This document shows, in pieces, positions 1-9,648 of a stretch of 54,381 nucleotides of DNA. Source of the DNA: Clostridia bacterium (GTDB taxonomy: Bacteria > Bacillota > Clostridia > Christensenellales > Borkfalkiaceae); NCBI GenBank assembly GCA_017453145.1, contig JAFTKT010000037.1, forward strand, positions 1 through 54,381. Reading direction: 5' to 3'. Position numbers and translations under genes: made by a program. Positions within the stretch are counted from its first letter, which is position 1, and each line of letters starts with the position of its first letter. The notes beneath the pieces are model-generated. The model ran no database searches. It was not told the DNA's origin and saw nothing but the letters and a program-made list of their open reading frames with translations.

Positions 1-153
1 TCTTTCCAAATCCCCGCTATCCATTACTCTATCTTGCACTTGTTGGTTATCACGAAAAACGCCGCCTTGCGCGAGCATTTCGTTGACAAGCGTCGTTTTG
101 CCGTGGTCGACGTGTGCGATAATCGCCACGTTCCTTAAATCATTCCTAATCAC
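1..153 (-). CDS. typA: GTP-binding protein TypA/BipA, N-terminal 51 codons (continues beyond window edge)
   Basis: The reverse strand translates [51 protein letters not shown]. This shows the [10 protein letters not shown]1 motif and the typical TypA N-terminus. The GTG start at 153 is preceded by AAGGAGA. Confidence 0.85.
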   Translation of the reverse strand, partial: MIRNDLRNVAIIAHVDHGKTTLVNEMLAQGGVFRDNQQVQDRVMDSGDLER

Positions 154-169
154 TGTTTGTCGTTCTCCT

Positions 170-670
170 TTACAGCTCTTGTACTTTTATATTCTTATAC
201 GTAGTAAAACGGATACTATTTCCGTTGTCGTCGAGCGGCTCGCTCATCGCAACGCAAACAAAATTTTCGTTTTCGTCCAAGTTGGGGAAAAACGTATCCG
301 CGCCGCCAACCGCGTCCACTTTGGTTACGAGCGCCTCGTGGCAATAGGGCAAAAGCTCGCGATAAATTTCGCCGCCGCCGATTACGTAAATTTCTTCGTT
401 TTTGCGGGCTTTCATTTCCTTTTTAAGCTCGTCGAACGAACGCACGATAACGCAATCATCTCGTACCTGCCCCCTCGAAAGCACGATATTTACACGGTTT
501 TTCAAGGGCTTTTGGTTGGGAAACGAGCGCAGGGTGTTCCCGCCCATCACGACGGTATGTCCGCTTGTCGTTTCTCGGAAAAATTTCATGTCTTTTGGCA
601 GGGAAAACATCATATCCCCGTTTTTGCCTATCCCCCATTCCTTGTCGGCATGCACGATTGCTTTAATCAT
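170..670 (-). CDS. folA: dihydrofolate reductase
   Basis: 166 aa. It contains [20 protein letters not shown]...[12 protein letters not shown]...VVMGGNT...YVIGGGEIY, which are DHFR motifs. It lies directly downstream of thyA with a 14-nt gap. Confidence 0.9.
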   Translation of the reverse strand: MIKAIVHADKEWGIGKNGDMMFSLPKDMKFFRETTSGHTVVMGGNTLRSFPNQKPLKNRVNIVLSRGQVRDDCVIVRSFDELKKEMKARKNEEIYVIGGGEIYRELLPYCHEALVTKVDAVGGADTFFPNLDENENFVCVAMSEPLDDNGNSIRFTTYKNIKVQEL

Positions 671-684
671 TCCTTTTCTCTCCC

Positions 685-1515
685 TTAAATCGCTACGGGT
701 ATCTTTGCCTCTAACTTCTCGTATTCATAGTCCACAAGCTGGAAACTGTCTACCGTGAAATCGTAGAAATTCGTAACGTTCTTGTCGACGATAAGCTTGG
801 GCGCGGCGTGGCGAGGCTTTGCAAGCACCTCTTTCACGAGCGGAATATGCCTATCATAGATATGCGCGTCGGCAATCACGTGCACGAGCTCGCCCACTTT
901 CAAGCCCGAAACTTGCGCAAGCATAATGAGCAGCACCGAATATTGCACGACGTTCCAGTTGTTCGCCGTGAGCATGTCGTTGGAGCGTTGGTTGAGAATG
1001 CCGTTGAGCGTATCGCCCGACACGTTAAAGGTCATTGAATACGCGCAAGGATACAAATTCATTTCGTGCAGGTCTTGGAAATTGTAGATATTCGTCATAA
1101 TCCGACGGCTTGCGGGATTGTTTTTCAAATCGAACAGCACTCTGTCTACTTGGTCGAACTCTCCCTCTTTGTATTTGTGTTTCACGCCCAGCTGATACCC
1201 ATACGCTTTCCCTATCGAGCCGTTCTCGTCCGCCCAGCTGTCCCAGATATGCGAATTCAAATCGTGGATATTATTACTCTTTTTCTGCCAAATCCAAAGG
1301 AGCTCGTCCACGCACGATTTGAACGCCGTGCGGCGCATGGTCAAAATCGGAAACTCTTCTTGCAAATTGTAACGGTTGACAATCCCGAACTTTTTCACCG
1401 TATGCGCGGGCGTTCCGTCCTCCCATTTCGGGCGTACGGCAAGCTCCGTATCCCAAAACCCGTTCTCCATGATGTCTTGCATGTTTTGCGCAAAAATTTC
1501 GTCTGCTCTGCTCAT
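685..1515 (-). CDS. thyA: thymidylate synthase (ThyA type)
   Basis: 276 aa. It contains ...FPILTMRRTAFKSCVDELLWIWQ...NLYPCAYSMTFNV...NQRSNDMLTANNWNVVQYSVLL..., which are canonical ThyA motifs including the active-site PCA. Confidence 0.95.
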   Translation of the reverse strand: MSRADEIFAQNMQDIMENGFWDTELAVRPKWEDGTPAHTVKKFGIVNRYNLQEEFPILTMRRTAFKSCVDELLWIWQKKSNNIHDLNSHIWDSWADENGSIGKAYGYQLGVKHKYKEGEFDQVDRVLFDLKNNPASRRIMTNIYNFQDLHEMNLYPCAYSMTFNVSGDTLNGILNQRSNDMLTANNWNVVQYSVLLIMLAQVSGLKVGELVHVIADAHIYDRHIPLVKEVLAKPRHAAPKLIVDKNVTNFYDFTVDSFQLVDYEYEKLEAKIPVAI

Positions 1516-1614
1516 AGTTCACACCGCCTTTTTATTTTTCACGCATTATTATACCACAACTTACGCTTTTCGTCAAGGTTTCAAAAAGTTTTTTCGGATT
1601 ATTTTTCCAAAAAG

Positions 1615-1643
1615 TTGACAAAACCGAAAAAAAAGGGTATTAT
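1615..1643 (+). promoter_or_regulatory. sigmaA-type promoter upstream of pgk
   Basis: TTGACA at 1615-1620, a 17-nt spacer, then TATTAT at 1638-1643. It lies about 40 nt upstream of the AAGGAGA RBS and the ATG at 1686. Confidence 0.5.
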
Positions 1644-1685
1644 ATATAGGAAAGAGAAAATTTAAGCAACAAGGAGAAAAACACT

Positions 1686-3002
1686 ATGAACAAAAAGACA
1701 GTCAAGGATATTGACGTAAAAGGCAAAAAAGTCCTCGTCAGATGCGATTTCAACGTCCCTATGAAAGACGGCGTGATTACCGACGAGAACCGTATTATCG
1801 GCGCGCTTCCCACCATTAAATATTTAATGGAACAGGGCGCAAAAGTCGTGCTTTGCTCGCACATGGGCAAGCCCCACAACGTGTTCGATAGCAAACTCGA
1901 ACTCAACAAGAAAGAAAAAGCGAAAATCGCGGCGTTGCCTGAAAATGAACAGGCGGCGGCAACCGAAGAGGCACTTGAAAAGGCGAAAAAGGACGTGAAA
2001 AAGCTTACGCTTGCCCCCGTTGCGGCGCGTTTGAACGAGCTGTTAGACGGCAAAGTCGCATTCGCTACCGACGTTGTCGGCGACGACGCGAAAGCAAAGG
2101 TTGCTGCTTGCAAGGCAGGAGAATGCGTGCTTTTGGAAAACTTGCGTTTCCACAAGGGCGAGGAAAAGAAAACGCCCGAGTTCATGCAGGCGCTTGCGGG
2201 CTTTGCCGAAGTATACGTCAACGACGCGTTCGGTACGGCACACCGCTCTCATGCCTCGACGGCAGGTATCGTGGAAGAGGGCTTGGTCAAGACGGCGGCT
2301 TGCGGGTTCTTGATTGAGAAAGAGCTTTCCGTGATGGCGGACACGCTCGAAAATCCCCAAAGACCGTTCGTTGCGATTCTCGGCGGCGCAAAGGTTGCGG
2401 ACAAGCTTAACGTAATTTCCAACCTCCTCGAAAAATGCGACACGCTCGTTATCGGCGGCGGTATGGCGTATACGTTCATCAAGGCACAAGGCGGGAAAAT
2501 CGGCACGTCGCTTGTAGACGAGGAAAAAATCGAATACTGCAAGGAAATGATGGAAAAGGCGAAAGCGCTCGGCAAACAGCTCATTTTGCCTGTCGATACC
2601 GTTGCGGCGAACGCGTTCCCCAACCCTATCGACGCGCCTATCGAAACGCAGGTGTTCGCGTCAAACGAAATCCCCGACGATATGATGGGGCTTGATATTG
2701 GTCCGAAAACGAAAGCGTTGTTCGCGGAAGTAGTCGCAAACGCGAAATCGGTCATTTGGAACGGGCCTATGGGCGTGTTCGAAAACCCGATTTTAGCAGA
2801 GGGCACGAAAGCGGTTGCGGCGGCGCTTGCGAGCGCATACGGCAAGGCAACGACGATTATCGGCGGCGGCGATAGCGCGGCGGCGGTACAGGTGCTTGGC
2901 TACGCGGACAAGATGAGCCACATTTCAACGGGCGGCGGCGCGTCGTTGGAACTGTTCGAGGGTAAGGTTCTGCCCGGCATTGCGTGCCTGAACGATAAAT
3001 AA
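1686..3002 (+). CDS. pgk: phosphoglycerate kinase (with an extra Lys/Glu/Ala-rich segment)
   Basis: 438 aa. It contains [46 protein letters not shown] and STGGGASLE, which are PGK motifs. It is longer than the usual length of about 395 aa. Confidence 0.95.
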   Translation: MNKKTVKDIDVKGKKVLVRCDFNVPMKDGVITDENRIIGALPTIKYLMEQGAKVVLCSHMGKPHNVFDSKLELNKKEKAKIAALPENEQAAATEEALEKAKKDVKKLTLAPVAARLNELLDGKVAFATDVVGDDAKAKVAACKAGECVLLENLRFHKGEEKKTPEFMQALAGFAEVYVNDAFGTAHRSHASTAGIVEEGLVKTAACGFLIEKELSVMADTLENPQRPFVAILGGAKVADKLNVISNLLEKCDTLVIGGGMAYTFIKAQGGKIGTSLVDEEKIEYCKEMMEKAKALGKQLILPVDTVAANAFPNPIDAPIETQVFASNEIPDDMMGLDIGPKTKALFAEVVANAKSVIWNGPMGVFENPILAEGTKAVAAALASAYGKATTIIGGGDSAAAVQVLGYADKMSHISTGGGASLELFEGKVLPGIACLNDK

Positions 3003-3025
3003 TGCGACGGTAAGCGGAAACGATT

Positions 3026-3307
3026 ATGAAAAAGCAAATGATAAAAATAGCAGCAGTCATTGCCGTTTTCAGCAGTATATTATTTGCAGGCTGCGCAAGC
3101 TGCGACCGCGAATGGAAATCTTGCAATTCCAACGTAAACGGCGGCTTGAACAGAGTTGTGAACGTGTACACGCACAACGGCGAGCTAATCGCCACTTACG
3201 AAGGCTTAATTGATATAGATGACAACGATAACGGCTCGATTATGTTTGATTTGGACGGAAAACGGTATGTGTATTATAACGCTATCGTAGAGGTTATCGA
3301 AAAATAA
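3026..3307 (+). CDS. small putative lipoprotein, unknown function
   Basis: 93 aa. It has an N-terminal signal peptide, MKKQMIKIAAVIAVFSSILFAGC, with a lipobox-like LFAG|C. It sits between pgk and tpiA. Confidence 0.55.
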   Translation: MKKQMIKIAAVIAVFSSILFAGCASCDREWKSCNSNVNGGLNRVVNVYTHNGELIATYEGLIDIDDNDNGSIMFDLDGKRYVYYNAIVEVIEK

Positions 3308-3368
3308 TAATCTGCCTTCCCTTTATACAAAACGATAACTATTATATTTTTGGAGATGAATTTGAATT

Positions 3369-4121
3369 ATGCGTAAACCTATTATTGCAGGCAACTGGAA
3401 AATGAACAACACCGCTTCGGAGGGCGTAGCGCTCGTCAAAGCGATTGCACCCCTCGTCAAAGAGGCGAATTGCGACGTGGTCGTGTGCGTACCCGCTATC
3501 GACATTCCCGCTGTGAGCGAGGCGCTCAAAGGCACGAATATCGAGCTTGGCGCGGAAAACGTGCACTTTGCGGAAAAAGGCGCGTACACAGGCGAAATCT
3601 CGGCGGCTATGCTCCTTGAATACGGCGTGAAATACGTCATTATCGGACACAGCGAACGCCGTCAGTATTTCGGCGAAACGGACGAAACGGTCAACAAGCG
3701 TACGCTCACCGCACTCAAAGCAGGGCTCACCCCTATCGTTTGCGTCGGCGAATCGCTTGAAGAGCGAGAAACGGGCAAGACGGAAAAAGTGCTTGAAAAG
3801 CAAATCAAGCTCGGCTTGAAAGACGTTGAAGACATCACCAAGCTCGTGATTGCTTACGAGCCCGTTTGGGCAATCGGCACAGGCAAAACGGCGACGGCGG
3901 CGCAAGCCAACGAAACGATTGCGTTTATCCGCAAAACGGTCGGCGAAACGTTCTGTCCGAAATGCGCGGAAAAAGTACGCATTCAATACGGCGGCAGCAT
4001 GAACGCAGGCAACTGCAAAGAGCTTATGGCAATGGCAGAAATCGACGGCGGCTTAATCGGCGGCGCGTCCCTCAAAGCACCCGATTTCGCGGCTATCGTC
4101 AATTTCGATAAAGCGGAATAA
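3369..4121 (+). CDS. tpiA: triosephosphate isomerase
   Basis: 250 aa. It contains IIAGNWKMN, IIGHSERR, AYEPVWAIGTG and QYGGS. RBS GGAGA lies upstream. Confidence 0.95.
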   Translation: MRKPIIAGNWKMNNTASEGVALVKAIAPLVKEANCDVVVCVPAIDIPAVSEALKGTNIELGAENVHFAEKGAYTGEISAAMLLEYGVKYVIIGHSERRQYFGETDETVNKRTLTALKAGLTPIVCVGESLEERETGKTEKVLEKQIKLGLKDVEDITKLVIAYEPVWAIGTGKTATAAQANETIAFIRKTVGETFCPKCAEKVRIQYGGSMNAGNCKELMAMAEIDGGLIGGASLKAPDFAAIVNFDKAE

Positions 4122-4187
4122 TCATTAAAACGAGCGGGGCAGGTATGCGTTAAAGCGTATCGTGCCCCCCTATTTTGGAGAGAAAAA

Positions 4188-5759
4188 ATGAAGAAACCTT
4201 ATGCAATTATCATTATGGACGGCTACGGTCTTAACCCCGACAAACACGGCAACGCTATCGTTGCCGACGGGAGTAAATACGTAACCGAGCTTATGCAAAA
4301 ATATCCCTCCGCAACGCTTGGCGCAAGCGGTATGTCGGTGGGACTTCCCGACGGACAAATGGGCAACAGCGAGGTCGGGCATTTGAATATCGGTGCGGGA
4401 CGCATTGTCTATCAGGATTTAACAAAAATCACGAAAGATATTCGTAGCGGCGAATTTTTCGAGAATGCCGAACTGCTCCGCGCTATGCGCGCGGCAAAAG
4501 ACGGCGGTAAAAAACTGCACCTGTTCGGGCTCGTTTCGACGGGCGGCGTACACAGCCACACCGAACACCTCTACGCGCTCGTGGAAATGGCAAAGCGCGA
4601 GGGGCTTGAAAACGTGTATATCCACGCATTCACAGACGGGCGCGACGTTGCTCCTACTTCTGGCGCGGAGTTCTTGAAAGAATTGCAAGCCAAGCTCGAC
4701 GAGCTGTCGTTCGGTAAAATCGCCTCCGTAGCGGGCAGATACTATGCAATGGACCGCGACAATAACTGGGACAGAGAAGAAAAAGCCTACGACATGCTCA
4801 CGCTCGGCACAGGCGTTGCATTCGAGGGCACGGCGGAGGACGCGGCAAAAGCCTCGTATGCAAGCGGCGTTACCGACGAGTTCATTCTGCCGACGAATTT
4901 GACGGAAAACGGCAAGCCCGTTGCGTTAATCGGTCAGGGCGATAGCATTATTTGCTTTAATTTCCGCCCCGACAGAGCACGGCAAATTTCGAGAATGTTC
5001 TCGCAAAAACAGTTCCCGTTCGTCGATAAAAAAACGGGTGCAACGCTCGGTTTTGAACGCAAAACGGGTTTCCTTGCCCCGACGTTCGTGGGCTTTGCCG
5101 TCTACGATTCCTCCTTTGAAAACGTAGGCGTAGCGTTCCCGCCCGACGAAATCAACAACACCTTGCCGCAATATATCGCCTCGCTCGGTTTGAAACAACT
5201 GCATATCGCGGAAACGGAAAAATACGCGCACGTAACCTTTTTCTTCAACGCGAAATTAGAACCCCCCGTCGAGGGCGAAACGCGCATTGTAATCCCCTCG
5301 CCGAAAGTCGCGACCTACGATTTGCAACCGGAGATGAGCGCAGAGCCCGTTACCGAAAAGGTACTCGAAGAGCTTGACAAGGGTGAATACGACGTGGTAA
5401 TTCTCAACTACGCCAACTGCGACATGGTCGGGCACACGGGCGTGATGGACGCGGCAGTGAAAGCGGTGCACACAGTAGACGCGTGCGTGAAAAAAGTAAC
5501 GGACAAAATTTTGGCAATGGGCGGTTCGGCGCTCGTTACCGCCGACCACGGCAACGCCGACCAAATGATTGCCGCCGACGGCAAAACGGCGTTCACCCAG
5601 CACACGACGTTCCCCGTGCCCGTAATCCTCGTTTCGGAAGAACTCAAAACGGCAAACCTGCGCAAAGACGGCGTTTTGGCTGACCTTGCACCTACCTTGC
5701 TTGCGATGATGAAACTTCCTCAACCCAAAGAAATGACGGGAAAATCGTTAATCGAATAA
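4188..5759 (+). CDS. gpmI: 2,3-bisphosphoglycerate-independent phosphoglycerate mutase
   Basis: 523 aa. It contains IIMDGYG, GNSEVGHLNIGAGR, HLFGLVSTGGVHSH, NYANCDMVGHTG and TADHGNA, which are iPGM motifs. Confidence 0.95.
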   Translation: MKKPYAIIIMDGYGLNPDKHGNAIVADGSKYVTELMQKYPSATLGASGMSVGLPDGQMGNSEVGHLNIGAGRIVYQDLTKITKDIRSGEFFENAELLRAMRAAKDGGKKLHLFGLVSTGGVHSHTEHLYALVEMAKREGLENVYIHAFTDGRDVAPTSGAEFLKELQAKLDELSFGKIASVAGRYYAMDRDNNWDREEKAYDMLTLGTGVAFEGTAEDAAKASYASGVTDEFILPTNLTENGKPVALIGQGDSIICFNFRPDRARQISRMFSQKQFPFVDKKTGATLGFERKTGFLAPTFVGFAVYDSSFENVGVAFPPDEINNTLPQYIASLGLKQLHIAETEKYAHVTFFFNAKLEPPVEGETRIVIPSPKVATYDLQPEMSAEPVTEKVLEELDKGEYDVVILNYANCDMVGHTGVMDAAVKAVHTVDACVKKVTDKILAMGGSALVTADHGNADQMIAADGKTAFTQHTTFPVPVILVSEELKTANLRKDGVLADLAPTLLAMMKLPQPKEMTGKSLIE

Positions 5760-5776
5760 TTTCTTGGCAAAAAACC

Positions 5777-5812
5777 GCCGCCCACCGAATTCTTCGGTGG
5801 GCGGCTTTCTCT
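5777..5812. terminator. bidirectional rho-independent terminator between gpmI and the convergent GH31 gene
   Basis: A perfect 13-bp stem, gccgcccaccgaa (5777-5789) pairing with ttcggtgggcggc (5793-5805). It is flanked by an A-run upstream and TTTCTCTTT downstream. Confidence 0.8.
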
Positions 5813-8254
5813 TTACATCAACGCTTCTTTTACTCTTTCTTTCACGCCGTCGGACAAGTCCGCAACGTCAATCAAATAGCGTATCCGTTCCTCGTCGTCA
5901 GCCTCTTTTATCTTCTTCCAAAGACTAAACTTTTCAACGTTATTCCCCTCCGCCAACATCAGCTCGCGAAGCACCTGCGCTTTCTCCTCTTCCAGCCTCG
6001 AACAAAGCGGCACGACAACGGTAATTTCATATTCGGCAAACGCCTCGAACGGCAATTCGAGCGTAACGTTGTCGCCATAGCATTTACGCACGGCAAACGC
6101 CTCGCCGTTTTTCTTGACGGTTATGTTGCCTTTCGGCGCGCCCTTGAACACGATTTTGAGCGTGCGCGTTTGCGGCACAACGCCGTCTGCCCCGCGCGAG
6201 GTGATTATAAGTGAACGAATACCTGCCCCGTCCGTTTCACGATACGAGCTGACAAACTCCGTGAAAAACTCGTTCGTTCCGCCCTCTTCTCTATCGTCCT
6301 CAAACAACGTAAATTCGCCGTTCCCTTTCCAAACCTCTATTTGCATACGCGCAGGGTTCTCCACCCCGTTTCCGCGCTCCAACGACGTCGGGAAAATCGC
6401 GCCCGAACGCGCAAACACGGGCATTTCGTCTAATTTTCTGCGCAACGTTTTTTCCACGCCGCCCTTTGGCGAAACGTAGGTTGTGCCCGTGAAAATATCC
6501 GTCCATTCCCCTTCGGGCAACCACACGCGCGTGCGCGAATACCCGTCCGCCGCCCTTGCCGTGATGACGGGCGCAACCAGCAGCTGTCCGCCGAACAGAT
6601 ATTCTGTCGAATATTCAAACGCCTTTTCGTCCGACCATTCATAGTAGAGCGGTTCGACGAGCGCTCTGCCTTGCGTGTGCGTTTTTTGCGATGCGGAATA
6701 TAAATACGGGAGCATACGGTGGCGCATACGCATCCATTCCTTTGCAATCGCACCCGCGCCGTTCCCGAACAAAAACGGTTCTTTGCAAAGCGTTTCCCAG
6801 TTGGTGCAATGCAGGCGGTTAATGGGGTTAAAAACACCGAACTGTAAATGCCGCACGTAGAGCTCGTCGTTCTTTTCACCAGAATGATGTCCGCCTATAT
6901 CATGACTCCACCACGTATACCCGACGTTGCTCGCCGTCGCCGTGAAATAAGCCAAATAGGCAAGCGTTTTCCAAGATATATCCGTATCGCCTGAAAACCC
7001 GAGCGGATAACGGTGCGCACCCACGCCCGCATACCGCGACAAAATGAGCGGCGTTGCGTGATTTTTCGCGTCGTCGTAGTAGTGGTAATGATTGAGTGCC
7101 CAAAGCGGGTCAAGCCCCTCGACCTTTGTCTTCGTGCCCTGTTGCCAATCAATCCACCAAAAGTCCACGCCCTCTGCCTCCAACGGCTTGTGCAAAAGGG
7201 AGAAATACGCATTGATAAATTTCGTATCGGCAATATCAAACGCCACCTGTTTTCCCGTCGCAGGGTCGAGCCCCATAGCCCGTGCCATATCCTCGTAGCA
7301 ATCCTCCCAAAAACGTACGCCGTCGGCAGGGTGTAAATTTAAGGTTATTTTCAAACCGCGCTCTTTAATCTCACGGAGCATTTGCTTATGGTCAGGGAAT
7401 AAATTCTTATTCCAGCTATACCCCGTCCAGCCCAGTATCCCATGCCCGCCGCGCGTGCCGTATTCCTCGCCGATTTTTCCGCTTGCGCTAATCCCTTTTT
7501 CCTCGTCCACCAAATCCGAATAATGCCAGTCCATATCAATCGTCGCAACCGTAAGCGGCACGTCGTTATCTTCAAACCGTTGCAATACTTGCATATACTC
7601 TTCTTGCGTATACGCGCGGTATCTGCTCCACCAGTTTCCGAACGCAAAACGCGGCACGAGCGGAGGCGCGCCCGTGATTTGATACAGCGCCGCGACCGCC
7701 GCGCGGAAATCGGAACCGAACGCAAAAATATATTCGTCCGTACCCTCGCCGCGCAACGGCTTTATCTCGCCGTCCTTGCCGAGCGAAAGGGAGTTCTCGT
7801 CGGGAAGCACCGCCACGCCTGTTTTTGAGCACACGCCCGTGCCAAGCTCAATCGTTTTCGTTTCCCCTCTTTGATAGCTTCTCCAAACGTTACCGTTACA
7901 GCGGTCTAACGTGCGATACGTGCCTTTAAGATTTCCCGCATTGTCAATGGCAATAGGCGCGCCGCCGTCCAAACAAATACGGCAATCCTCGCGTTTTTCT
8001 TTAATTATCAGCTTACAGCGCGACGTTTCCACAGTCAACGCGTCCTCGCCTCGCACCGCGCAAAACGCTTGCTTGGGCATATCGCGAAACCAAACGCTTT
8101 GCGTCGCATCGTCGCGAAATTTAAGCGTTTCGCTACGCTCCAAACGGAACAGTCTTTCGCCAAGCACCGTCAAACGATAGCTTTTCCAAAGCACCACGTT
8201 TTCGGGGTTTGCGTTCGGACGAACGGTTGCAATTAAATGCTTGTCTAATTTCAT
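5813..8254 (-). CDS. glycoside hydrolase family 31 protein (alpha-glucosidase/alpha-xylosidase-like)
   Basis: 813 aa. Segments IDMDWHYS, GVDFWWIDWQQG and YPLGFSGDT match the GH31 catalytic-barrel signature as I recall it. RBS GGAGGT lies upstream of the ATG at 8254. Confidence 0.75.
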   Translation of the reverse strand: MKLDKHLIATVRPNANPENVVLWKSYRLTVLGERLFRLERSETLKFRDDATQSVWFRDMPKQAFCAVRGEDALTVETSRCKLIIKEKREDCRICLDGGAPIAIDNAGNLKGTYRTLDRCNGNVWRSYQRGETKTIELGTGVCSKTGVAVLPDENSLSLGKDGEIKPLRGEGTDEYIFAFGSDFRAAVAALYQITGAPPLVPRFAFGNWWSRYRAYTQEEYMQVLQRFEDNDVPLTVATIDMDWHYSDLVDEEKGISASGKIGEEYGTRGGHGILGWTGYSWNKNLFPDHKQMLREIKERGLKITLNLHPADGVRFWEDCYEDMARAMGLDPATGKQVAFDIADTKFINAYFSLLHKPLEAEGVDFWWIDWQQGTKTKVEGLDPLWALNHYHYYDDAKNHATPLILSRYAGVGAHRYPLGFSGDTDISWKTLAYLAYFTATASNVGYTWWSHDIGGHHSGEKNDELYVRHLQFGVFNPINRLHCTNWETLCKEPFLFGNGAGAIAKEWMRMRHRMLPYLYSASQKTHTQGRALVEPLYYEWSDEKAFEYSTEYLFGGQLLVAPVITARAADGYSRTRVWLPEGEWTDIFTGTTYVSPKGGVEKTLRRKLDEMPVFARSGAIFPTSLERGNGVENPARMQIEVWKGNGEFTLFEDDREEGGTNEFFTEFVSSYRETDGAGIRSLIITSRGADGVVPQTRTLKIVFKGAPKGNITVKKNGEAFAVRKCYGDNVTLELPFEAFAEYEITVVVPLCSRLEEEKAQVLRELMLAEGNNVEKFSLWKKIKEADDEERIRYLIDVADLSDGVKERVKEALM

Positions 8255-8357
8255 CTTCCTATACCTCCAAGATATTCTGTACCCTTATTATAACATAATT
8301 TTTACGCTATTTTATCAGTATTCTTCCTGATTTTATCATAAATATTACGTTTTTTGC

Positions 8358-8386
8358 TTGACAAACTGCAAAAAAAGTTTTATACT
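8358..8386 (+). promoter_or_regulatory. sigmaA-type promoter of the AraC-family gene (apparently leaderless)
   Basis: TTGACA at 8358-8363, a 17-nt spacer, then TATACT at 8381-8386. The first ATG (8393) is only 6 nt past the -10 element, and no SD is present. Confidence 0.55.
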
Positions 8387-8392
8387 TTGACT

Positions 8393-9157
8393 ATGACGTA
8401 TTTTGAAACAAATCGCGACAAACACATTTATTACAATCAAAGAGACAACCGTTGCGCCGCACACTTGCACCGTTCGGGAGAGATTTTATATATTGTCAAG
8501 GGCGAAAAACAGGTTTGGTTAAACGGCACTCCCTATTCGCTTGTTGAGGGGGATTGCGTCATCTCGCCGCCTTATTGCGTGCACCGCTACGAGCCCTCGA
8601 CAGGCGAACAAATCGTTGCGACCGTTCCGACGGAATACTGCGAACGCTTTGAACAGCTATGCAAAACCGCACGCCCGACCACCCATCTTCTTCACGATAA
8701 TGACGGTGCTATCAAACGACTGCTTTTTTCGCTCAAAGCCCCGCCGAACGCGCTGTTTTTCACGGGCGCGGTCAATCTTTTGCTCGGCATTTTTACAAGC
8801 CGCGTGCCGTTCGTGGCTTACAGGGAAGAAAACGAACGGGAGCTCATTGAACGCATTGCGCGCTATATCGACGAAAACTACGCCGCGCCGCTTTCGCTTG
8901 CCGAGCTTTCCAAGCAGTTCGGCTATTCTCCGAACTATTTTTCCGCGCTGTTTAAGCGGCTTTTCAAAGCCTCTCTTCCGCAATATTTGAACGGCATACG
9001 CGTCTATAAATCATTGCGCGATTTAGGCAAAAAGCCCCTCTACGCGCTTGCCGCCGAATACGGATTCAACAGTCCGCAACAATATTATTTACATTTCAAA
9101 AACGCCTACGGTTGTTCTCCGAAAGAATTTTTATCGCGTAAACCGCCGAAAACGTAA
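8393..9157 (+). CDS. AraC family transcriptional regulator (cupin sensor plus C-terminal HTH)
   Basis: The C-terminus LSLAELSKQFGYSPNYFSALFKR...YGFNSPQQYYLHFKNAYGCSPKEF is a typical AraC dual HTH. The N-terminus is cupin-like. It is divergent from the GH31 gene. The start was moved from the track TTG at 8354 to the ATG at 8393, because TTGACA lies inside the longer ORF. Confidence 0.8.
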   Translation: MTYFETNRDKHIYYNQRDNRCAAHLHRSGEILYIVKGEKQVWLNGTPYSLVEGDCVISPPYCVHRYEPSTGEQIVATVPTEYCERFEQLCKTARPTTHLLHDNDGAIKRLLFSLKAPPNALFFTGAVNLLLGIFTSRVPFVAYREENERELIERIARYIDENYAAPLSLAELSKQFGYSPNYFSALFKRLFKASLPQYLNGIRVYKSLRDLGKKPLYALAAEYGFNSPQQYYLHFKNAYGCSPKEFLSRKPPKT

Positions 9158-9187
9158 AATATTTTTGAAAAGCGCACCTAAAAATGA

Positions 9188-9216
9188 TTGCAATATTTTT
9201 CAAAGTATGCTATAAT
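9188..9216 (+). promoter_or_regulatory. sigmaA-type promoter upstream of secG
   Basis: TTGCAA at 9188-9193, a 17-nt spacer, then TGcTATAAT with TATAAT at 9211-9216. Confidence 0.55.
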
Positions 9217-9260
9217 CATTTACGATATTAAATATTCTTCAAGAAAAGGACAGAAAAATT

Positions 9261-9572
9261 ATGTTAAAACTCATGAATTTACTTACCCCCGTCAGCGGCG
9301 ACGCCGCCTACGGTTTATATTTCGGATTAAGCCTGACCATGATTATTTTGATGGCAGTCGCGGCGGTAGCGGCAATCGTGCTCGTGCTTATGCAGCCGAG
9401 CAATTCCAGCGGTATCGACGCACTCGGCGGTTCAAGCGAAACGTTCTTCGGCAAGAACAAAGGCAAATCGATTGAGGCAAAAATGAAGAAATGGACTTGG
9501 ATTTGCCTTGTCGTACTCGTCATTTTCTCGATTGCGTTCTATATTTTACAGCTCGAAACTATTTGGGCGTAA
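9261..9572 (+). CDS. secG: preprotein translocase subunit SecG
   Basis: 103 aa with two TM helices and the central GIDALGGSSETFFGKNKG motif. It has the conserved position upstream of rnr-smpB. Confidence 0.8.
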   Translation: MLKLMNLLTPVSGDAAYGLYFGLSLTMIILMAVAAVAAIVLVLMQPSNSSGIDALGGSSETFFGKNKGKSIEAKMKKWTWICLVVLVIFSIAFYILQLETIWA

Positions 9573-9590
9573 CAATCGCTTTATCAACGT

Positions 9591-9624
9591 CGGCGGCTTT
9601 CCCTTTTAAGCCGCCGTTTTTCTT
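9591..9624 (+). terminator. rho-independent terminator/attenuator after secG
   Basis: Stem cggcggctt (9591-9599) pairing with aagccgccg (9608-9616), followed by TTTTT. Confidence 0.6.
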
Positions 9625-9648
9625 TCCTCTACATAACGGAGGTGCTTT

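Noticed and set aside
83-688. Long ORFs antisense to or out of frame with clearly identified genes. Examples are 83-688, 1640-2221, 2249-2845, 3342-3986, 13260-13784, 26788-27924, 28707-29291, 30958-31728, 42700-43872, 44648-45331 and 52979-53965.
   Set aside because: Each lies entirely within a gene that has strong motif-level identification on the other strand or frame. Their products are Arg/Ala/Pro-rich low-complexity sequences, and they lack RBSs. These are typical shadow ORFs.
4135-4180. Possible hairpin/attenuator between tpiA and gpmI (ggggca...tgcccc followed by CTATTTT)
   Set aside because: Only a 6-bp stem with a loop of about 22 nt could be drawn. That is too weak to call a terminator.
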